Positions 1 to 8,487 of a stretch of DNA of 64,000 nt are shown here, piece after piece. The DNA comes from an uncultured Acidobacteriaceae bacterium (GTDB lineage: Bacteria; Acidobacteriota; Terriglobia; Terriglobales; Acidobacteriaceae), in contig CAVXKP010000006.1 in the NCBI GenBank assembly GCA_963762375.1, positions 27 to 64,026 on the forward strand, given 5' to 3'. The stretch's first letter is position 1, and each line of letters starts with the position of its first letter. The notes under the pieces were generated by a model that was not told the origin of the DNA, made no database searches, and saw only the letters and a list, made by a program, of their open reading frames with translations. The translations under genes were made by a program, and so were the position numbers.

Positions 1-422
1 CAAGCTCAGCGCGGCATCCCCGAACCAACAATTCCAGACAGGCAGTTACAAATTTCTTTCAAGCATCTCGAGTGCGAAGATGAAAGATACCCATTAGACA
101 CTTGCACTCTCGGAGTACTGGGTACTTCTAGTTCAAGAGCTAAAGCGATATGCATCTTTTAGTGTCAGTCAGTTCGAAGACTCCGACGACACATATGCGC
201 GGCATCTTATCGACCCCGAGGACGAACGCGTAGATAGTGCCGATTTCCTTAGAGCTAATGGATGAGTTTGAGTGGTCTGCCGTTTGGCAGTTCGGCTTAG
301 GGCAAAAAAGTAAAGGGTTTAGAGTAATAGGCATCCTTGTAGATCCAATCTTTTTTGTAATTCGTTTGGACCCGAATCACCAGACTTACGTGAGAAAAGA
401 AGGGGCAGGCTGCAAATGGTAA
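1..422 (+). CDS. 5'-truncated, frameshifted low-GC ORF; possible RelE-like (MAG6450-type) toxin
   Basis: Three consecutive frames join into ...LQISFKHLECEDERY / SEYWVLLVQELKRYASFSVSQF / WQFGLGQKSKGFRVIGILVDPIFFVIRLDPNHQTY. The C-terminal R-x-x-G...F...LD-x-N-H pattern recalls RelE-like toxins. GC is clearly lower than the rest of the window. Confidence 0.35.
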
Positions 423-517
423 CGCCTACAAGAAGGCTCGTAGTCACCCAGCCAAATTACCGCCTCGGAGAAGACGATGCGCACGGGAGATTGCGCGCCA
501 GATGACTAAACTTCCGA

Positions 518-1707
518 ATGAATAAGACGGCATCCCCGATTCAGTCGGCCCACAACCCCGAACCCCCGCCGTCTGCGCAAGACCGCCGTCCGCGCAGCCC
601 CTCTTCTTCGGCCTAGCGCCCGTCGCCCGCAAAGAGTTCACCCACATCCTCCGCGACCCCTCCACCCTCTTCTTCGCTCTCCTCATCCCCATCCTCCAGC
701 TCTTCCTCTTCGGCTACGCCGTCGACACCAACGTCCGCCAGGTCCCCACCGTTATCTTCGACGAATCCCACACCCAGCAAAGCCGCTCCCTCATCCAGGC
801 CTTCGCCGCCTCCGACATCTTCCAGATCTCCTCCTACGTCACCTCCGAAGCCGCCATGTACCGCACCATGCGCTCCGGCCGCGCCCGCGTCGCCATCCGC
901 ATCCCCTTCGACTACGCCCGCAACCTCCAGCTCGGCCGCACCGCCTCCGTCCTCGTCCTGGTCGACGGCTCCGACTCCTCCGTCGCCGGCATCACCGTCG
1001 ACACCGCCACCGGCATCGCCTTCGAGCAATCCAACCTGCTCGCCCCCACCTCCGCCACCCCCGCCATCGAAGTCCGCCCCTCCGTCCTCTACAACCCCGC
1101 CACCCGCTCCGCCAACTTCTTCATCCCCGGCCTCATTGCCATTCTTCTCCAGGTCATGATCATCCTCCTCATCGCCCTCTCCCTCGTCCGCGAGCGCGAG
1201 CGCGGCACCCTCGAGCAGCTCAAGATGACCCCCATCGCCCCCCTCGGCCTCATGGTCGGCAAGATGATCCCCTACGGCGCCCTCGCCTTCTCCGAGCTCT
1301 GCCTCATCCTCGCCATCATGCGCTTCATCTTCCAGGTCCCCATCCACGGCAGCGTCCTCGTCCTTCTCCTCCTCTCGCTGCCCTTCCTGCTCACCGTCCT
1401 CGGCATCGGCCTCTTCATCTCCACCCGCGCCCACACCCAGGCCGAAGCCTTTCAGCTCGCCATGGGCACCATCCTCCCCTCCGTCTTCCTCTCCGGCTAC
1501 ATCTTCCAGATCTCCACCATGCCCGGCTTCTTCCGCGCCGTCAGCGCCCTCATCCCCGCCACCTACTACATCCAGATCATCCGCGGCATCGTCCTGCGCG
1601 GCTCCGACGTCGCCGACCTCTGGCCGAACGCCCTCATCCTCACCCTCATGGGCTCCGGCGCCATCCTCCTCGCCGCCTACGCCTTCGTCAAACAAAACGC
1701 CGTCTAG
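518..1707 (+). CDS. ABC-2 type transporter permease (YbhR/YbhS-like); probable frameshift near 590
   Basis: Open frame from ~526 with ARKEFTHILRDP..., ERERGTLEQL, YNP...SANFFIPGL and multiple TM helices. The likely ATG at 518 is out of frame by one base. Confidence 0.85.
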
Positions 1708-1787
1708 CAACCTACCCCTCTCCCTACACCCCCTTCCCACATACCTCGCCTCCCGATCCTCGCCTCCCGATCAACAATTCGCCGTAT

Positions 1788-1831
1788 TGTGATCCAAATC
1801 ACACACACGAAATCCTTTTGCCTCCTACACT
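1788..1831 (+). promoter_or_regulatory. CRP/FNR-family box plus -10 element (class II-like promoter)
   Basis: TGTGA-TCCAAA-TCACA at 1788-1803 matches the CRP consensus TGTGA-N6-TCACA. TACACT lies at 1826-1831, placing the site centre ~42 bp upstream of the expected start. Confidence 0.6.
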
Positions 1832-1892
1832 TGGACCCATATCCCACAGCCACCGAGATGCCCATCGCTGCCACGTTCCCGGAGCGCTGCGC

Positions 1893-2084
1893 ATGTTCAC
1901 CCCCACGGCTTCCCCCCACATCCTCCGCCTGCTCCGCGCACTCGGCCTCGCGCTCGCCGCGCCCTTCCTCCTCGTCGCCTTGCTCGCCGCCCTCGTCGCC
2001 GTGCTCGCCGACTTCGCCTGCTTCCGCCTCCACGCCCTCCTCACCCGGGACCGCCTCCACCCCAAAGGCCTCTGGGAGTTCTAA
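1893..2084 (+). CDS. small membrane protein A (63 aa, C-terminal PKGLWEF)
   Basis: GGAG upstream of ATG 1893; long hydrophobic stretch; paralogous to 2895..3149. Confidence 0.7.
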   Translation: MFTPTASPHILRLLRALGLALAAPFLLVALLAALVAVLADFACFRLHALLTRDRLHPKGLWEF

Positions 2085-2707
2085 CCCCGCCCCAGCCGCT
2101 CCACCGCCTTCCTCCGAAAACATTCCACCGCATGGTCATTCACCATCCCCGCGGCCTGCATCCACGAGTACACAATCACCGGCCCCACAAACTTGAACCC
2201 CCGCTTCTTCAGCTCCTTCGACACCCTCTCCGACACCTCCGTCGACGCCGGAATCTTCCCCCGCGTCTCCGCCCCTCCTCTCTGATCCCAGCCTTTCTGG
2301 TTCCAAGAATCCTGCACCGGCCGCCCGCCCACCATCCCCCACGCCCACTCCCCAAACCCCTCGCCCGCCCGCTCCATCTCGTTGTAGATCCGCGCCCCCG
2401 CAATCGTCGCCTCAATCTTCGCCCGCGCCCTCACAATCCCCTCGTCGGACATCAACCGGACAATATCCGCCTCCCCAAACCGCCCCACCTTCTGCGGATC
2501 GAACCCCTTAAACGCCCGCCGAAACCCCTCCCGCTTGCGCAAGATAATCTGCCACGACAGCCCCGCCTGGAACCCCTCCAGCATCAGCAGCTCCCACAGC
2601 GCTCGCCCATCCCGCTCCGGAACGCCCCACTCCTCATCGTGATACGCCCGCATCCCCGCATCCCCCTCCGCCCATCCGCACCGCTGCACCATCGCTATCT
2701 TCGCCAT
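2081..2707 (-). CDS. tag: DNA-3-methyladenine glycosylase I
   Basis: RCGW...YHDEEWG, LEGFQAGLSW, KKRGFKFVGP, AAGMVNDH...C motifs. Confidence 0.95.
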   Translation of the reverse strand: MAKIAMVQRCGWAEGDAGMRAYHDEEWGVPERDGRALWELLMLEGFQAGLSWQIILRKREGFRRAFKGFDPQKVGRFGEADIVRLMSDEGIVRARAKIEATIAGARIYNEMERAGEGFGEWAWGMVGGRPVQDSWNQKGWDQRGGAETRGKIPASTEVSERVSKELKKRGFKFVGPVIVYSWMQAAGMVNDHAVECFRRKAVERLGRG

Positions 2708-2894
2708 AGCGACCATTCTCCACCATCGCGCCCGGCAAACTTTCCCCGATTTATGTCGTCATACCCTTGTATGGGCACCGAACGATCGTGCCACTGGAGT
2801 ATCAGCCGAGATTCCCTTAAAACCATTCCATCCCTCTTATTTCCAACAAGATCCCATTTCGGGAATAAAGTAGGGGAGATCGAGGCCGATAGAT

Positions 2895-3149
2895 ATGAGT
2901 GCGATGACTCCACAACTGCAAATCGGTGAAAACATAGTGTCTATCCCTGAAATTGACCCCGTAGTCGACGACTGTCCCTCCCACCCCCTCAAGACCGCCC
3001 TCAAGGTTGCCGCGACCCTGCTCCTCACCCCCGTGATCCTCGTCGTCGGCCTGGCCGGCTTCGCGATCGTCCTCGCCGACTTCGCCTGGTTTCGCCTCAA
3101 GGAACTCCGCTACGGCCACCCCCAACCCAAGGGCCTCTGGGAGTTCTAA
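2895..3149 (+). CDS. small membrane protein B (84 aa, C-terminal PKGLWEF)
   Basis: Purine-rich RBS; hydrophobic helix; VLADFAWFRL...PKGLWEF shared with protein A. Confidence 0.7.
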   Translation: MSAMTPQLQIGENIVSIPEIDPVVDDCPSHPLKTALKVAATLLLTPVILVVGLAGFAIVLADFAWFRLKELRYGHPQPKGLWEF

Positions 3150-3264
3150 CCCCACCCAACCCACCGCCGCACCTACCCTTCGCGCGCCACGCACCCGACG
3201 CGCCGCCGATCACGTCCGGCACTTGCACCCTGAGCCAGCGGCACCCTGAACCCTGCATCCCCGC

Positions 3265-3465
3265 CTAGCGCGTCTCCAGCTCCTTCTCCAGCTTCGCTAC
3301 CTCTTCCGACAGCCGATGCGCCTCCCGCCCATGTTCGATCGCCAGTCGCGACTGCTCATGCGCTCCCAGGTGATCGTTCTTGTGATGCGACGCAGCCGCC
3401 GCCTCATGCGCATGCGCAGCCTGTAAATGACGTTCCGCCGCAGCCGAATGATGTGTCGTAGGCAT
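3265..3465 (-). CDS. small His-rich helical protein, putative metal binder
   Basis: 66 aa with 11 His in H-x-x-AA-H-type helical spacing; GAGG RBS. Confidence 0.65.
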   Translation of the reverse strand: MPTTHHSAAAERHLQAAHAHEAAAASHHKNDHLGAHEQSRLAIEHGREAHRLSEEVAKLEKELETR

Positions 3466-3567
3466 TGCGATATCCTCTGCTCCCTAGGATGCCTCCCCCA
3501 CCCGCGAGGAAGCCCAACGCCTCTACCTCTCCGCACGCACCACCGCATCGGCGCGCCCCAGGCCGCT

Positions 3568-4521
3568 TCACTTGGCCCACGGCGCCACCCGCTCCTCATA
3601 CTCCATCGGATCGCCAAACCCCTCGGTCTGCACGCCCAGCTGCCGCAGAGCATCCAGCGCCATCAAGCGCCGGTGCGCATTGAACGTCATCATGTGCGCG
3701 AACACCCCTCCATACGTGAACGTCTCCGCCGGCTCGCACAGCGCGTCCACAAACGTGTCATCCCACCTGGAGCGGTTGCGCACGTCGCACAGAATCCGAT
3801 GCAGCTCCGCATCCGCCGTCTCCAGCCGGCGCAGCATCGCCTGCGGCGACCGCCCCTCCGGCGGAGGTCCGTCCATATCCATCGCAGCTCCCGTCAGCGC
3901 CGCCGTCCACACCTCCTTGGTAAAGACAATGTTCTCCAGCAACTGCCGCAGCGTCTTGTTCGACTCACGCCACGGCAGCAGCTCCACCACCGTCGCCAGC
4001 GGCCGATCCAACTGCTCGTCTGTCAAAGCTCCCGCATACTCCAGCAGACGCCGCGTGTGCCAGCTGTCATTGCCTGCAAAACGATCGAATAGATCCATCT
4101 CTCTCCCTCCTTCGTCTGAACCGCCCAGCGCCAAAAAGTGAATGTTGTTCGGCGCCGGCAGATGAAAGTGCAGGTCCCGCCTGCGCCGGTAGAGGCTCGG
4201 CGACGTCCGGAACGCTCGTCGAAACGCGCGCGTGAACGCCTCCAGCGACCCATAGTTGGCCTCCAGGGCAATCTCCGTCACCGGCGTCCCGGCGTGCCCC
4301 AGTTGGTACGCTGCCCTCTCCAGCAGCAGCCGCCGCCGCATCGCCGCCGGCGTCTCTTCCACCACCGTGCGGAACAACCGGTGAAACTGCGTCCGGCTCT
4401 GATACGCCCGCCGCGCCAGCTCCTCGGTCTGTCCCGGCCCGTCCAGCGAGCTCGCCACGATGCCGGAGAGCCGCTCTGCCGTCTCCCGAACCTCCGCCGC
4501 ATGCTCCCGACCGGTCTTCAT
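3568..4521 (-). CDS. AraC-family HTH regulator fused to a DinB-like domain
   Basis: N-terminal AraC HTH (SRTQFHRLF...IALEANYGSLEAFTRAFRR) and C-terminal DinB-like helices (TLRQLLENIV...HMMTFNAHRR). Confidence 0.85.
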   Translation of the reverse strand: MKTGREHAAEVRETAERLSGIVASSLDGPGQTEELARRAYQSRTQFHRLFRTVVEETPAAMRRRLLLERAAYQLGHAGTPVTEIALEANYGSLEAFTRAFRRAFRTSPSLYRRRRDLHFHLPAPNNIHFLALGGSDEGGREMDLFDRFAGNDSWHTRRLLEYAGALTDEQLDRPLATVVELLPWRESNKTLRQLLENIVFTKEVWTAALTGAAMDMDGPPPEGRSPQAMLRRLETADAELHRILCDVRNRSRWDDTFVDALCEPAETFTYGGVFAHMMTFNAHRRLMALDALRQLGVQTEGFGDPMEYEERVAPWAK

Positions 4522-4660
4522 GTTGCACGCATCATAGCCAACCAGAGCCATCTCCCGCCTGATCCCGCGTACCGATTTTGTGCCCCCGGAACCGCTGGGC
4601 CAAGTTTGCCACCCTAACTCCCAACAGCACCCCTGACTCCGGCGCCACCACGCGAAGCCC

Positions 4661-4722
4661 TTCGCCGTCCGCGCAGGACCCCTCGCCGTCTGCGCAGGAC
4701 CCCTCGCCGTCCGCTCGAGGAC
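4661..4722 (+). repeat. three tandem copies (21 bp period) of the polar motif YTCGCCGTCCGCGCAGGAC
   Basis: ttcgccgtccgcgcaggac / ctcgccgtctgcgcaggac / ctcgccgtccgctcgaggac. Confidence 0.85.
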
Positions 4723-4946
4723 CCTGTCAAGCCCCCCAACCCTCCAGAAACCCCCAAACCCACGATGAACACTGGCGATTTATATTCTCGAAACCTGGCA
4801 TAGTTCCCCCCTCCAACCCGGTACAATTTAACTAAGCCCTCAGTTCTCTCCACCAATCCCCTTCCGCACCGACGATCGATGCGGAAGGCAAGTTTCCCAG
4901 CATCCCATCGCCCGCAACCCCGGCAAGCGAGGGATACTTTGCCCCA

Positions 4947-5057
4947 TAAGTCATCTGGTTGGAATAGTTTACAGCGAGAACGGGTAGGACTGCACACCCT
5001 AAATCGAACCCTATGAGTCACTTACAAGCAAAAAAGGGTAACCAGGGGGGAGGGGGG
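4947..5057. other. two 26 bp imperfect dyads (TAARTC...YTTAC) followed by G6AG6
   Basis: taagtcatctggttggaatagtttac (4947-4972), taaatcgaaccctatgagtcacttac (5000-5025), ggggggagggggg (5045-5057). Confidence 0.5.
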
Positions 5058-5072
5058 ACCCCATCAACCCAC

Positions 5073-5124
5073 AAAAAAAAGGCGCCCGATCCCCGGCAAA
5101 CCTCGCCAGCGACCAAGCGCCCTT
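5073..5124 (-). terminator. intrinsic terminator of 5146..6300
   Basis: GGGCGCT...GGGCGCC stem followed by T8 on the minus strand. Confidence 0.7.
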
Positions 5125-5145
5125 CCTAATCTCTAACCCCTGCTC

Positions 5146-6300
5146 TTAGCAGTTGAAGTTGACTTCTTCTTCCTCTTCCACGCCATAGCGCCGCAGCAGG
5201 TTCGGCAGGTTCTGCGAGAACGCCGCGCGCGGCATCACCACGTCGCAACCCGCCTCCACGGCCTTGGCCTTCAGGTCGCCCTGCAGGTGCGAGAGGAACC
5301 CGATGATCGACGCCGACCGCTTCAGCTTGGTCTTCAGCTTCGGAATCAGCGTCAGCGGCTTCGCATTCGCATTGTTCAGGTCGAAGACGATCAGCGCCGG
5401 CTTGTTCTCCTCGCTCTCGGTCAGAGCCGCTACAGCGTCCTTCTCGTTCTTGATGAACGCCACCTTCACGCCCAGCTTCTTGGCCGTCTCCTGGATCTTG
5501 GCCTGGAAGAACAGCTCCTCAATAAAGAAGTAGATGTGGGTCTGCGCTCCCTCGGGGATCGGAATCGGCCGCGGCATCGAGCGGTCGATCGGCTGCGAAT
5601 CGCCGGTATGGCGATGCCCGTTCCTGCGCCCCGACATCTGGATCGTCGACGGCGGTGCATCGCCGAACTCGCTCGTCGCCCGGTAGCTGTGGTCCATCGG
5701 CCCAACAAAGCCGCGCTCCCGCGGCTGTCCGCCGCCGCCCTTGCCCTTGCGCTTGAACCCGCCCGCCTGGTTGCCGAAGTTGTCCGGACGATAGCCTCCG
5801 CCACCGCCGAACCCGCTCCCATTCGACGAGCTCGCCTCGGCGCGGAAGTCGTTGCCCGGATTCTCGCTCCGGCCACCGCCGCCGCCGCCCGGCCGCCGCT
5901 CCCGGTCCCGGAACTTCTTCTTCCAGCGCTTGCCGCCCTGGCCCTGGCCCTGCGGCTGACCCTGGCCGTGCGCCTGCGCACTCGCGGCCTGCGGCCGGCG
6001 AGCCTGCTGGGGCGCAGCCGAGGCAGCCAGTGCCAGGCTCTCGCCCTCCATCACCAGCGGCAGCTGCGGGCTCGCCTCGCCGTCGCCGCCAGCGACAGCC
6101 GGGCCATCCCCCGCCACCTTGTTCTTCCGCTTGCGGCGCCGACGCCGGCTGCTCTTGCTCTGCCCCATACCCGGGCCGGGCTGTCCACCGTCATTGGCCT
6201 CCCCAGACTCCGAGGATTCGAAGTCTGCGTCACCAAAATTTCCGCCGCTATACTCCTCCGTCTCGTACGACGAAGTATCTACTGCATTCTGCTCTGACAT
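5146..6300 (-). CDS. long disordered Gly/Arg/Lys-rich N-terminus plus C-terminal atypical receiver domain
   Basis: SRRRRRKRKNK, KRWKKKFRDRERR and poly-G runs; C-terminal IEELFF...LIVFDLN...IIGFLSH...AGCDVVMPR receiver-like fold. Confidence 0.8.
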   Translation of the reverse strand: MSEQNAVDTSSYETEEYSGGNFGDADFESSESGEANDGGQPGPGMGQSKSSRRRRRKRKNKVAGDGPAVAGGDGEASPQLPLVMEGESLALAASAAPQQARRPQAASAQAHGQGQPQGQGQGGKRWKKKFRDRERRPGGGGGGRSENPGNDFRAEASSSNGSGFGGGGGYRPDNFGNQAGGFKRKGKGGGGQPRERGFVGPMDHSYRATSEFGDAPPSTIQMSGRRNGHRHTGDSQPIDRSMPRPIPIPEGAQTHIYFFIEELFFQAKIQETAKKLGVKVAFIKNEKDAVAALTESEENKPALIVFDLNNANAKPLTLIPKLKTKLKRSASIIGFLSHLQGDLKAKAVEAGCDVVMPRAAFSQNLPNLLRRYGVEEEEEVNFNC

Positions 6301-6950
6301 GGTGCTGTGGTTTCCCCTTGCAATTGGGTGCTTGAGGCGTATCGGACATGTCTCTGTCTTGGCCCTGCGGTCCGAAATGGACTCGACCGGGACTGTCTCC
6401 GAAACGGGTCAATCGTAGTCTCTCTCAAGCGTTGACTCGAAGATGATCTGTCATCGTACTCTGCCGGCAAGCGATACCAGTCGGACGCCTGCGCCCCTAC
6501 ACCATTCCGGCCCGACTGCCGCACCCGGCAAACGGCTTGCTGCTCTTGAAGGACGCATTCATTTCAATTCACTGGAGGATAACCAAAACGTTCGTCTTGC
6601 ATGACCACCCCAATCTCAGCTCAGCTCTCATTCGTTCGCACCGGCTCAGCTTCTTTACTGCATTCCTGTACTTCTACTACATTCCAGGAGTGACTCTACT
6701 GTTCGTTCGCTAAATTTGATTGAACCTCATGTTGGTCCAGATCTCCGTAGCACGCTACCGGTCGATCCTGGAGCTATGATCCTGAAGCGGCGATCCAGAA
6801 CGGCCGGCTACGATCCTCGCAGCCTGTACGCCTCGCCTTGTTCCATCGGCATGTGCGCGAACCCACGCTGTTGTTCTACAGGCTTGGCGGGTAAGTGAAA
6901 CCACCGGTCGACCCACGGCGCCATAGTAGCCCCTAAGCCTGCGGAACAAC
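6301..6950 (-). ncRNA. candidate ~650 nt structured 5' leader or sRNA
   Basis: No credible ORF; strong promoter just upstream; 17 bp stem 6935-6951/6869-6885; repeated GGA hairpins. Confidence 0.45.
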
Positions 6951-6953
6951 ACA

Positions 6954-6982
6954 ATCCTACGCTCGACACCGCAGATGTGCAA
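6954..6982 (-). promoter_or_regulatory. sigma70-type promoter
   Basis: TTGCAC-N17-TAGGAT on the minus strand. Confidence 0.7.
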
Positions 6983-7065
6983 CTATTTTAAGTCAATCCC
7001 CTAACTCTCAGCGCAGCAGCACTTAGCCCTTGCCTGCAGGGTCCGTCCAGCACGCTGTCCACCAC

Positions 7066-7110
7066 AAAGCCTTTGGGCCATCTCCCCTCCCCGGAAGATG
7101 GCCCAAGCCC
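7066..7110 (-). terminator. hairpin terminator downstream of putative 6S RNA
   Basis: TTGGGCCATCT...AGATGGCCCAA inverted repeat. Confidence 0.6.
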
Positions 7111-7129
7111 CTAACAGCCAGTCACTGGC

Positions 7130-7292
7130 CTCCAGAATGGCTCTTTAGAAGCCGCAGCTCCTATTGAACCTCGCTTGGCGGGGGAACTCCCTCTATATGG
7201 GGAATTCTGCATCCCTTGACCTGCATACCTCTCAGGTTCCAAGCATCCGTCGGTCAAGCACCCTGGTCTGCGACTTGATCTCGAACACTGGT
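7130..7292 (-). ncRNA. ssrS: 6S RNA
   Basis: Minus strand folds into a rod: AAGTCGCAG pairs with CTGCGGCTT, with a central bubble and ...CCCGCCAAGCGAGGTTCAA... typical of 6S 3' strands. Length ~160-180 nt, followed by a terminator. Not confirmed with Rfam. Confidence 0.7.
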
Positions 7293-7451
7293 GATATAAG
7301 CAATCACCATACCAAACGCAAAGCGTTCCTTTTCTTAGCAATGTCTGAAAACCTCCTACCAGAAACCACCAAAAACCGGAAATACCGCTCGCCAGCCTCC
7401 GTTTTTCGGAAGAGTTCGCCTCTCATCTCTCCAGGAGCACCCCTCCGTTGA

Positions 7452-7480
7452 TTGACCGGACCCATACTGTCTCCTATAAT
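7452..7480 (+). promoter_or_regulatory. sigma70 promoter of skp with ~200 nt leader
   Basis: TTGACC-N17-TATAAT. Confidence 0.75.
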
Positions 7481-7692
7481 TGCGGTCAGCCGACTGTCCT
7501 CTCGCGCCCGCGACCCTCTCCTTCATTCTTTGATGATGAGATAGAGCAAGCTGGCAACACTTTCGAGTGTTCCAACGGGCGGAGTAAGGTTGGGCAGCCT
7601 TTCCCTGCGGCGCTTTGCCCCAGGAATAACCCAGCGAGTAACCCGGCTCAAATCTCCAGTATCCGGATCCTTTAAGGAGTCTCAAACACCGC

Positions 7693-8358
7693 ATGAACCG
7701 TACCTTTGTCTTTGCTACTGCGCTGGCAACTGGCCTCGCAGCCTCCTCCCTCCTGGCACAAACCACAAAAGCACCGGCTACCACCCATGCTGCGGCACCT
7801 ACCGCCGAGGCTGAGGTTAAGCCGGAGGCGATTCCCGCAAAGGTCGCCGTCATCGCGTTTGAGCAGGGTGTCGTCGCCACCAACGAAGGCCAACGCGCCG
7901 TAGCCGATATCCAGAAGAAGTACGAACCCAAGAAGACCTCCATCGACGCCGAGTCTGCCGAAGTCGACTCCTTGAAGAAGCAGTACCAGGCCCTCCCCGC
8001 CACCATCTCGGACGAGGAGCGCGCTGCCCGCCTCAAGACCATCGACGATAAGACCAAGGCTCTCCAGCGTGACGTCGAAGATGCTCAGAACTCCTACAAC
8101 ACCGATGTCCAGGAAGCGTATGGCAAGGTCGCCCAGAAGTTCGGCGGCACCGCCGTCAAGTACGCCCAGGAGCACGGCTTCACCCTGCTCCTGAACATCG
8201 GCGGACAGCAGCAGCTTCCCACCGTCCTCTGGTGGCAGCGTGAAACCGACATCACCCAGGCCGTCATCGATGCCTACAACGTAGCCTCCGGCGTCGCCGC
8301 ACCCCCACCGCAGGCTCCTGCCCCGCACCGCACACCCACGGCTGCTCCCCGGCAGTAA
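7693..8358 (+). CDS. skp: OmpH/Skp periplasmic chaperone
   Basis: Signal peptide, KVAVIAFEQ..TNEGQ, coiled coil, C-terminal GFTLLL...DITQAVI; AAGGAG RBS. Confidence 0.88.
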   Translation: MNRTFVFATALATGLAASSLLAQTTKAPATTHAAAPTAEAEVKPEAIPAKVAVIAFEQGVVATNEGQRAVADIQKKYEPKKTSIDAESAEVDSLKKQYQALPATISDEERAARLKTIDDKTKALQRDVEDAQNSYNTDVQEAYGKVAQKFGGTAVKYAQEHGFTLLLNIGGQQQLPTVLWWQRETDITQAVIDAYNVASGVAAPPPQAPAPHRTPTAAPRQ

Positions 8359-8382
8359 CGCGCAGCAGTAGCAAAGCAAATC

Positions 8383-8428
8383 GAGCAAAGAAGAATGGAG
8401 GCCCTCGGGCCTCCATTCTTCTTTGCTC
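8383..8428. terminator. bidirectional terminator between skp and lepA
   Basis: Perfect 22 bp inverted repeat GAGCAAAGAAGAATGGAGGCCC-tc-GGGCCTCCATTCTTCTTTGCTC. Confidence 0.85.
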
Positions 8429-8487
8429 ACGCTAAATGCTACTCACGCTTCCACTGCTATTGGATATCCTTCCAACCGTGCAACCCG

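Noticed and set aside
4578..4835. 85 aa ORF with PSPSAQD repeats
   Set aside because: The repeats are simply the translated polar DNA motif; no RBS or codon-bias support.
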